DNA of 64,000 bases from Sphagnum compactum (lineage: Eukaryota), in assembly GCA_965153455.1 (NCBI GenBank), contig OZ234493.1:17598213-17662212 (forward strand). The letters run 5' to 3'. How positions within the stretch are numbered: position 1 is the first letter of the stretch; the number at the start of each line of letters is the position of its first letter. The notes below the pieces were generated by a model that saw nothing but the letters and a program-made list of their open reading frames with translations, did no database searches and was not told the DNA's origin. Positions 54,101-64,000 of the stretch are shown here, in pieces. Both the position numbers and the translations under genes were made by a program.

Positions 54101-57100
54101 TTCGAATCGACTCATTTTCTGCTTGAACAGCCTGAAACTTTTGCTGAAGTGCCTGGGATTCCACCTCTTTTTGTGCCAAAAAAGAATCCATGACTCTCAA
54201 TTGCTCAACCACTGCAAGAGTGTCAGTTTGTGCCGACTCCAGCTTGTTCTGAGCTTCTTTGAGTTCTTGCCTGCGCTTTCCTTGAAGGCGATCCATGTCA
54301 GCTTGGGCCTGCTTGGATGTCTCTATGAGTGCATCCCTTTCTCCCTCAAGCACCTGGATAGTTACCTGCATTGTCTCACCCTTCTGAATCATGTGTGCCT
54401 TCTCAGTTGCAGCCTCTTGGAGGGCTTGCTCCAAAACCTTTACTCTCTGTTCAAGGGAATGCCTCTCTACATCCTCTGTTGATGCAAAGGCTTCGGCTTC
54501 TAAATCCTTGAGATTGTGCTCAAGCACTTGAAACTCTTTGTCTCGCTGCAACAAAAGTTCCTGTAGTTTCACCACTTCATTGGTTGCACCCAGAATCTTT
54601 GCATTTGCAGATTCCAACTTTGCCTCGGCCTGTTCAAGTTCTCCTTGTTGCTTCCTGACCTCCACTTCGAAGGCCTTTAATTCTTTGTCTGCTGACTTGG
54701 AAGCCTGACAGAAGGTGTCTCTTTGATTCTGAACTGCTTCAAGGGCCAACTGTAATGCTGTGTGCTCCTTCATCAGTGCTGTAAATCTGTTCTGAGGTTG
54801 CTCCAATGTTTCATTTAAAATGGAGCTTGATAATTTGACATCCAACAGAGCATCCTACATGCACAACAAAATACAGTTAGGCACATATTAGGAGAACTAG
54901 GACATGTGCAGGGAAGCACCCTGTCTAATGGAAAGTTCGGGTTCATGGGCTGTGCCTGGAAGTATCTCTGGTAGAGTGCAAAAGATTGAGTGGTCTCTGC
55001 AAATGTTGATTGTAGAGAATCTGCTATAGACATGCCAGCCTCCACTTCGCATTTTAGTTCGTCAAAGGAGGAAATCAACTCTGTTTGCAGTATCAATGCC
55101 TTCTCATTATCATTTTGCAGCCTTTTAATCTCAACCAAGGCCAAACTGAGCTGGTGCTGTGCAATGGCAGCTTCTTTCCTTGTGTCATGCAGCTCTTTCT
55201 TCACCTACTCACAAGCAGAATCTGATGGTCAGCATTTGAAGTTGTGAAAGGTGCACCTATAAACTATCTGAGAGGGCACAAGGGGAAAACATATTATTAC
55301 CATAATCAGAGAGTCTTCTGCAGCAATTGACTGGACCTTAGCCTGATCTGTCAGACTATCCAGCTCCTGCTGCATGGAAATTTTCTCCAGCTCCAGGTTT
55401 TGAAGCTGCACAAATGCTGCCTGACGGATTACACTTCATGAAAAACCAATGTATCAGTCCTTAGATCTCTCCAGGTGGAGTTGCTGTAAGAATTTCTTAC
55501 TTTGTTTTGCTATCCAGCACCTATCTTTATTAGACAAGACTTACAAAACCTTGAGGAACTGCATTCTACCTCCTCAAGATACTCTCGTGCTGTGATGGCA
55601 TGACAATTTGCCTCTTCTGTGAGACCATCCAACTCCTTCTGCATGTATGTTTTCTCCATCTCCAGATTCCGAACCTGCTAACATCCACTTCGATATTTGA
55701 GAGGGATGTCAATTCTTGAACTTCAATATGGAGAAGTAAATCATTTGCTGATGTTTCTGAGATTGATGTAGACCAACAAAATGCCAAAAACCAAACACTA
55801 CATCGCCCTTATGAAAACAGTAAAGCCTAAAAATTATAGTCAACAAATTATTTGAATAGGCCACTCAAGCAAAGTCTCCACACACTCACCACCTTGCTGC
55901 CAGGATTCACATATTATGATATACCTGAGCTCTGAGCTGCTTGAGGCTGGAATCAGCTTCACAACCATCCAAGCTTCTAACTCTTCTCTGCACCTCAGGA
56001 GCTTGCAGGAAATTATCATCCAGCTTTCGGACCTTGCTTGCAGCCATTTGGGCATTGACCAATTCCTTCTTCAACTCCTCAATTTCAATCATCTTTTCCT
56101 GCATCTGCCAAAGAAATGCCAGTACTTAACAATAGCACAAATTGAATTTGATGCAATTGGGTGTCAGACAAGAACCGATGAACTGTTGGAACAGTCGCCC
56201 ATCTAAAGGGACCATAAATTCCAAGGATCATGGCCAAGAAGGTGTACTTCTCACCTTAAGTGCACTGTCATACTGGAGGTCATCATATTGTGCTTGTAGA
56301 TAACCAATCTCCTGCTTAAGCTGCAAAATCCGTGCCAGATCATCACTTAAAAAGAACTAAACAAAATGTTTCCTATGCAGTGTCTCTCAATGCCCATGTC
56401 TCTATATCCTCTTTCGACTAGTCCTACATTCCCCCCAAATTATTGAGGTCATTGATCAGACTGAAAGTTTCAACTGAGCACTTATAAGAGCATCAGAGCA
56501 GTTCTTTAATCACAGAAGCAATCCCCAGCAACCCAAGAGCTGAGCTAGATGAATACCAAGAGCTCAGCTTAAGCTGCTTGGGCAACAAAGAGGAGGATTC
56601 GCAACTCACTTCAAGTGTGATCTCTTTATCTACTGACGCTCTTCTTCGCCGTTCACCTACATTGACCAGATCAGGCTCCAAGAATGTATTGTCCGAGTCA
56701 CTATAAGCTTCCATAGTTGGAGTTTCGACAGCCCCGTCTTCCTCTTCCTCTTTGAAAGATGAGAGCATGGTGTCTTCTTCCTCACAGAGCTTCTCAAATG
56801 GAGGTGGCAAACAGAGCTGCCTCTCCCTCTTTGTCGGAAGGACTGAAGAACCAAAAGGCCCCCGAGAAACCTCCTTCTGAAATGGCCTCCTCATCTCATG
56901 GAGCTGCAAAAGAGATCGATAAAAGGATTTTGCGGTTGCATGTGTGTCAAAGGGACAACTCTACATTCCACCATCAAGAACATCCTATCTTGCATATCTC
57001 TACAACAGAAATGTGCCTACTCCACAGGAAGCTATCTATGCAATTTTCACAAGCATTCAACAAAGAGCTAAGTCATGCAGCTACTAAGGTTTCCACAGGG

Positions 57101-60100
57101 GCACCAGCCTATGAGGCACTGCATATATGCACCTCAACATTGTCAGGAGCTTCTGCAGGAATTCGTGGGCACCATGTTTCACGTCGATTGTTCTGAAAAA
57201 CACCAGTAGATAAAACTGTTATGAGGTAAAGATCTGCATTGACACAAGTGCTTGATACCAGTGCTGCACTCTCATAACAAACTTGTTTTTAGAAAATCAT
57301 ATCAGAATAGTTTTCTGTGGTGAACCTTTTTGCTCCGCTTATCAAAGTCCCGATCATCCACAGCAGAGTTAATGACCATGGTGCTGAGGTTCTCAATCTT
57401 CTGTTCCTGCTCCCTTAACCGGCGCTCACGCTCAGCTTGCGCCTTCTTCTCTTCTTGCAGCTCTAAAGCCATTCTCTCTCTATCAAGTTCAGTCTGAAAG
57501 CCAGGACAGAAAACATGATGAACACATACTCACCTCTTGTCAAAACAAGCCACTGCAATGTTTTCAACAAACACAGTCTCTAAACATTACTCAAGTACAG
57601 AACTTTGACATTTATTACAACTTTACCTTCAGCAAAGCATTTCGTAGGTGAAGAACCTCCTCCTCCCAGTGCTCTGAGTGTGACTCCTGTGATCAGAATG
57701 CACCATGCTTCAGTATAGGGCATAGGTTAGACAGATATCATGAGAGAGATAATTCACAGATCAGGGACTGTACCTGTAACTTTGTCCGGAGCTCTTCAAT
57801 TTCCTTTTTTTGACGCTTTAGCAGGGCTGCATCTGTCATAATCTGCATTACACAATTTCAATGGTACCACTTGTTTCAACTTCAAGTGGATGTCCAGAAA
57901 ATGTCATCAGCAAAACATAGCAATGTACCCCCATAGTGGAAGCAAGCATGCACCTCACCTCATTTACTTGAGCACAATTGGTGACACGGTTGGCTCTACT
58001 TGCAAAATAGAGAGTACCCTTAGTTTCATCTGTGTGTACCTACAAACCAGAAATACACTTCAGAAACAATGATTCATGAAAGCCTTCCAATCCTTAGCAA
58101 ACCTGTATTAGCCACATGTCTTATGACCCTGAGATCCAAGGAAGGACCCACATAAAGAAGAAGAGTCACTCTTACCAGTGCAGGTGTGACATTGCAAATA
58201 ATGGCTGTTTTTGCATTGCCCCCCAGAGCTGGCTGTAATATTCTTGTTAATTTGCTGTCGCGGTAGGGTACATGGCCACTGCTAAGAGAAAACAAACATG
58301 ACCAATTCTGAAAAATAGCTAAATACTGCTGTCTCATCAATGCCTTGCACACAGACTGAAGCACAGATAGGATCCTCTCCATCAATTATTCACATCCTGA
58401 AAATCTGCATCGTTCCCTGAGGCTTAGGCAACCACACAAGATTTGGTTCACAACAGGCTTCACAGGACACTAACCCCTGTTTCTGTATGCCTTCACTGAG
58501 TTTATTGATCACTGTCCCTAGTGTCATCAGGCTCTTGTTAATATGTGTGCCTTCTTTCAATCGAGCTCCCTCTGCACCACTTTTGGCAACACGCTCGGAA
58601 CCTGCCAAGTCCACCAGGTTCTGCTCACACAGCAACAGGTTGTATGAAAAACTGTTAGGCCAATTTTGGGGTGCAACAAACCCCATCCTCCAAAGCAGAA
58701 CATTCCATCATAATAGACCAGTTCCAAAGTGGGTTTTTAACGGAAGATTCAAACTTAGACAGCCAATTGATACAAGGCCTTACCAGAACTGAAACCCTGA
58801 CAGCATCACAGACTTGCACAGAATTGTTGCCACAAGGGTCATCCTGACTCCTGTCCCTGCTCTCAATCACCTGCAGAAGGTGATGTTTGAAACTGCACTT
58901 GTCACACAACCCACAAACCTAACCAGGCTGATGTACGAGGTTTAGATCTTCAAGACAATACCATGAGAATGCCCAATTGCCTACCATGCGGAAAATAGTA
59001 TGTGACCTGCTGCTGTACACATTCATATTCGTTTCTCCCACATGCCGGTGATCTGCATCAACTCAGGGATGCATGTATATGAACATATTCTTCAACTATA
59101 CATTTAATTGGTAGATTTTCACCTAATTAGAGTGAAATCAGTCACCCAAGGGAATCTCAAACATGAGTGAAGAAATACTTGATGACGATCAACAATGATA
59201 TGAACCTTTGGATGAGGAATATGTTCATACTTTCACCAAATTCCATGAGCTCCAGGACCTGCTCAGGACTGACCACGATCTCTTCTCTTAAGCCTGCTAC
59301 AAAAATTCCTCGCTGTGGACAATGAACACAGAACATAGGTAATTACATTGTCTTCATCCACCCCTCTTCAATGTATAGATATACATTTAACTTGATGCAA
59401 CTACCATTGAAAGTGAATTATGGAACCTGAAAAAGGATTTCATTATAATTAGAATTTGTGTACCTCAACATTTTCATGGATCTGTAGCTTTTGTGCCTCT
59501 GGAGCCAACAGATCATTGATTTCCTCATTGTAAATCTCCATGTACGAAACCCGCAACAGAAACTCACGGGTGTCGACCTGCACAATTCAATAGCATGTTT
59601 TGATCATTAGCATTTTCACAAAGAAGAAGAAGAAAAAGAAGACACTCATATTGCTGACACTTCTCTTTAAGTCTGGAAAGAAGGAAACTTACAGCTTGGA
59701 TGTTTCTGAAGACTTCATGGACAGCCAAGGGAATGATACCGGGTTCCTGAGGTGACCCTCGCATCGTATAGGTCTTTCCACTACTTGTCTGTCCATATGC
59801 AAACACTGTGCCTGGAGAGAGAGAGAAAGAAAACCCACAAACTTAGATAAGCAGCCATGAATGGACATGACCTTTTATTACCAACAGTACAATCAAGGTA
59901 TACAAATTTGCAAGCTTGCTCAGACTGCATGGCCATACTACACAAGGAAAAGAAAGGGAATCAATCTCAGGACAGAAAGATTACCATTGAAGCCTTGTAC
60001 AGCTGATCCAATGATGTCTTTGGTATGTGCTTCATAAATCTCAAGTGTTGTTGCATCAGATCCAAATACTCTGTCTGCATTCCAAAAGCATAGCCAATGT

Positions 60101-60657
60101 GGAAAACCATGAAGAAGACCATTGGTTGCACAGTCCAGCATGTATGTTCATGCTGGATAACCTAGAGTTCCCTGGAAAACCTAGAGTTGTGCAGGTCCAG
60201 AGAACAGCCGCATTCTGTGCAAAATTCTAATGGACAATAAGAAGTTAATGCGCTTCCTGTTGAGTGCGGGAAGATTGCTCCTATGATTGTGAGACTTCAG
60301 AGAAATTCCAGAGCCTCAATACAGATGCAATACATAGCTACCAATCAAACTCCTGACAACTATATGCTCAAACAAATGCGCGCAAGTTTGGCCATGAGAG
60401 TGAACACGCAAATCGTATTTCAGAGAATCAATGCACGAGGAAGGAAGGAAGGAAGGACGAAAAGGTTTTCTTTTCTTTTTTCTTTTGGTATTGAATGAAG
60501 AGAAACACTAACCAAAAGTGTAGGACTGGCCAGAAATTGAAGAACCAGAAGCGTTGCAGAGTGCGATGGAATTGGGACCAAGCTTCCACGGACTTCCTTT
60601 AGCTGCTTCCGCCTTACTCAGAGGCCGCACCCTTACTGTGACTGAAATCTTCTCCAT
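45118..60657 (-). CDS. Kinesin-7 (CENP-E-like) motor with a very long coiled-coil stalk, many exons
   Basis: Starts [12 protein letters not shown] (60657); P-loop [63 protein letters not shown]; then many phase-0 E/Q/K/L-rich exons; last exon 45118-45420 ends SDKENF*. Confidence 0.92.
48711..49589 (-). repeat. Tandem duplication (~515 bp) of a two-exon cassette in the kinesin stalk
   Basis: Four 117-nt exons: 49473-49589, 49223-49339, 48948-49064 and 48711-48827; the introns are also similar between the two copies. Confidence 0.9.
53709..53954. repeat. Long inverted repeat (hairpin) in a kinesin intron
   Basis: Arm gcaagcacagacagagatggaatatctttatggacaacttgacagccaaagcc.. (53709-53810) pairs with ..ggccttggctgtcaagttgtccataaagaagttccatctctgtctgcacttgc (~53849-53954). 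Confidence 0.9.
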
Positions 60658-61141
60658 TTTCTTTGTTTTTTACCTGTTCAGAAACTTCAATCGAAGAAGC
60701 TCGCGTTTCGCATTTTGTGTCTCCGATCCCCTCAAAGCACCACTTGGGAAGCTCCAAATCCAAAAGAGGGAAAGAAAACAGCAGCAGTTGCGACTGCGGA
60801 ATTTGAACTGCAACGAGACGTTGCGAAGCTCTTCATTTGCCGCCTTCTTCTCCCGAGGCGCGCTCTCAGATAGCCGGAAGGGATGCCGGAGGGGACGCCG
60901 GACCGGCATCCGCTACGGCAGTCCGGAGACTACCGGAGCTGTCAGCTCCGGCATCTGCTACGACAGATCGGAAACTGCCGAAGCGGCAGCTCCGGCACAG
61001 TACTTAATCTTTTTTAATAATGAGATAAAATGAAGTCAAAAAAATAATTAATTCTCACCCAGAACTTAAAAGATGAAGAAAGAAATTAAATTTTTTTTTT
61101 TTTTTTCTTATATCAGTCAACCATAAGTGAATTAACTATAA

Positions 61142-61512
61142 TTAGTGTGAACCCGGTGCATAATGCACCCATCGAGCTCCCCCCCCCCCGCCCGATCCTT
61201 CGATCCCTCAATCCAGTCGAGAATTCAAAATGAAATTTGAATTTTGGTACAATCCTGACCCAGACTGGTGAGTGTGTGTGTAGTTATTTTTGTACTCACA
61301 ATAATTCATCCACCCAAAGGCCAGTGCAATTAATGCAACGATAATTAACTTCCTGCTCTTTGTCCGTGCTGACCCCCCTCGCCTCGTTCCTGCTCTTTGT
61401 CCGTGCTGACCCCCTCGCCTCGTCACCTGTTGCTTCATCGGCCTCTCCCTCCCCACCCCCCAAAACTCCTGTCCCGAACAAACTGACAGACTTAATGAAT
61501 TAATATATAAAA
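61142..61512 (-). mobile_element. Non-autonomous Helitron-like element upstream of the kinesin gene
   Basis: Minus strand starts T(T)TTATATATTAATTC..GTCTGTCAG and ends with hairpin GGTGCA-TTA-TGCACC followed by GGGTTCACACTAA|T (CTRR); internal ~37-bp tandem duplication at ~61349-61422. Confidence 0.55.
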
Positions 61513-62780
61513 TAAGTGATGCCTGTGTTGTAAACCTATCAAATATAATTTTGTGATGATTTCTCAGTATTCATTCACCCTGTCTTTTTTCTCCTTGTTT
61601 TTTTCCCCTGAGCGCCTCCACTGCTGCTACATATATTTTCACTGCTCCTACCTGTACAGCTATTATAATTCCTCTCGAACCTAGTGCCTTCAATTGTCAC
61701 ATTCAATTGCTAACCTACATGATGATTTAAAGAAGTGGAATGACCATATTACCCTTACCATTATGTAGTTTGCAATTCGAAAAAAAAAATTGATTAAATT
61801 TTAATAAACTTTTATGGAAATGTAATTCAATGAAAAAAAATTCTTAATGTAATTTGGAAGGCACCCGAAACCCTATATCCATGAAAAAACTAAAAGCTCA
61901 CAATAATTTTTTGAAATTGATGTAAAAATTTGGGAAGTCTTACATTTATATTTGGATGAATTAGTGGATTACTAAATGTAACCTGCCTTATAAATACATT
62001 AAGAATTCTCTCCAAGGTTGTTACGCCCATAAGGCCTTAAGCTTAGAGATAGGTGCAAGATCCCTCTCACTTGTACAAAAATGTGTAAGAACCATCATCC
62101 TCATACACCTCGTTATTTGCATTAATAACAACGTTTTCTTTGTGTTTTACACTAGCCTAGAGGGAAATTTTGAAATAGTTGTTTAGTATTAATTAGTTTC
62201 AATAAATATTTGCAAAAATTATCCATTGAAAATAATTTAAAATTTGTAAAAAATATTTATTAAAAATATTTACAAATTGTTGAAAATACATATTAAAAAC
62301 ATATATAAACTATCAAAAACATTTGTTGAAACATTTATTTGGTAACATTTGTCGAAGCTTGAAGTTAAGTTTTCGCACTCATTTGCTAAAACCCCATAGA
62401 ATAATAGTTTTTTTTTCAATTATTGCTGGGTCCCTATGCCATTGGCCCAAGTATATTGAAAATCTCTTACAAGTTCACCCATACCCAATATTATTATGGT
62501 TAAAGCGGGTTTAATTTAAGAGTTCTTATAAAACACAAATATTGTGAGAAAATCATTTTTTAAAGTTTTGATTATTTTATAGATAAAAAAATATTTTCAA
62601 TTTAATAAATCATTATTTGTTGGTTTTAAAATTATGAAACATCGAATACACATAAAGTTGTATCAAAGGTTTTTTGACAATACCAAAAAAGACCTGTAAG
62701 GTTCCATTATTTGGGAGGGTTAGAACTAATGTTGGTCAAACATCAAATTATAAGGTTCACATTAAGATATCTATAGGCAT

Positions 62781-62799
62781 TATATATATATATATATAT
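62781..62799. repeat. (TA)n microsatellite
   Basis: Directly visible. Confidence 0.85.
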
Positions 62800-64000
62800 G
62801 TAAGCATAAGAAATTTCTAACAATATATTTGTCAAAACATATATGGATTTGAGTTTTTTTTTTTGAAAAAAGTGTCATACATTCCTACATATGTTAGCAA
62901 CACCTACTTACAACCATTGTTGTCACCACACATACAACACATAACATAAAAATATCTGAAATGTTATACCATATCCAAATCAAAATTGAAACGATCATGA
63001 ATTTTTTCCAATCACACAAGACCATACACATTTTAAAAATGACATAACTTGTGAAGGAATTGAACCTCAACTAATTATTAAAAACTTTGCCCAATGTAAC
63101 ACATTTGGTTTACTCCAACCACACCCCACTAAAAACCAATTCAATTACCCTACACAAAAACCCCACCTTTACAAAAACTCAGTCCATATTCAACTCCTAT
63201 AAATTGTGTTTTTTAAAACCTTCTTTTGGATACCTATTACAAAATCCATAAACATTGTGCTTAAGAGACTTCTAGTCCTTCTAGATTCCCACAAATGCAA
63301 GTTTCATTTCCATCTCTTAATCATTCAACCCTTGAAACATAAACCTATAATTTCCCAAGCATATCAAGCTCAAAGATTAGAAAGCCACTAGACCAATTCT
63401 TAATTTTTTAGAGATTTTCATCGCCTTCAATAATGCTTATACATTAAGAAAATCTTTGAAATGAATCCTACAAACTACATTAATTTTCTATGCGAAACGA
63501 AATGAATTTGAAAAACTTGAAGAACAAAACAACAAAGTATGGACATTTTTCTCATAAACGATCATTTCTACACACACCTAGCATGCAACAACAAACCAAC
63601 TCCTTAAAAATTCCTTGTTTCTTCACTTATATAAATCCGTAAGTTGTTAACCAAAGAAAGACACAAGTTCATCCTCCACACGTTTCCTTGTTCCACTTCA
63701 CATCACGCTATCCTCCACATTTTAATTATTCTCCATCACACTTAGCCACTTTCTCCATCACAAATGGCTTGTCTTTGCTTCTTTAAAACAACCTTCATCA
63801 TACTTGTTCAATAACCAAAAGTAGAAAAATGAAGTCACTCGACTCTCTTTTTCACAAACAAGAAAGCTAAACCCTAAAATAAATGATTAACCATCGTTAT
63901 CCAACACCGAAATTACCAATAATGAAAAGTTGATGCCACTCCATCAAGAACATCCATCGTGTTCTCTAGGTCTAGAATGAAACCTTAAATTTAGAATTAT

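Noticed and set aside
61560-64000. AT-rich terminal region with scattered AAACCCT(A) words
   Set aside because: Isolated telobox-like words only, with no tandem telomeric array and no supportable gene.

Overview
Eukaryotic, intron-rich land-plant DNA, most likely a bryophyte (moss, Sphagnum-like); the lineage is inferred from a ciliary gene, short introns and the repeat types. Four spliced protein-coding genes can be reconstructed by eye: a FYVE+SYLF protein (CFS1/FYVE2-like, minus, 2035-5762), a UBP12/13 (USP7-type) deubiquitinase (plus, 22698-38667, 32 exons), a CYB5D1-like axonemal cytochrome b5 protein (minus, 41868-44237) and a large kinesin-7/CENP-E-like motor (minus, 45118-60657). There is also one tRNA-Ser(AGA). 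The 7-22.4 kb intergenic block is dense in decayed transposons: a full-length degenerate Copia element, CACTA-type and Tourist-like MITEs, and Helitron-like non-autonomous elements. The most notable observations are: (1) a tandem Penelope-like retroelement remnant in UBP12 intron 9 with no C-terminal endonuclease (Naiad/Chlamys-like) and a repeated structured 3' RNA motif; (2) a kinesin intron built from former coding sequence plus an inverted copy, forming a ~245-nt hairpin; (3) growth of the kinesin stalk through duplicated 117-nt and 105-nt phase-0 exons. All family assignments come from motif recognition only; no database searches were run.
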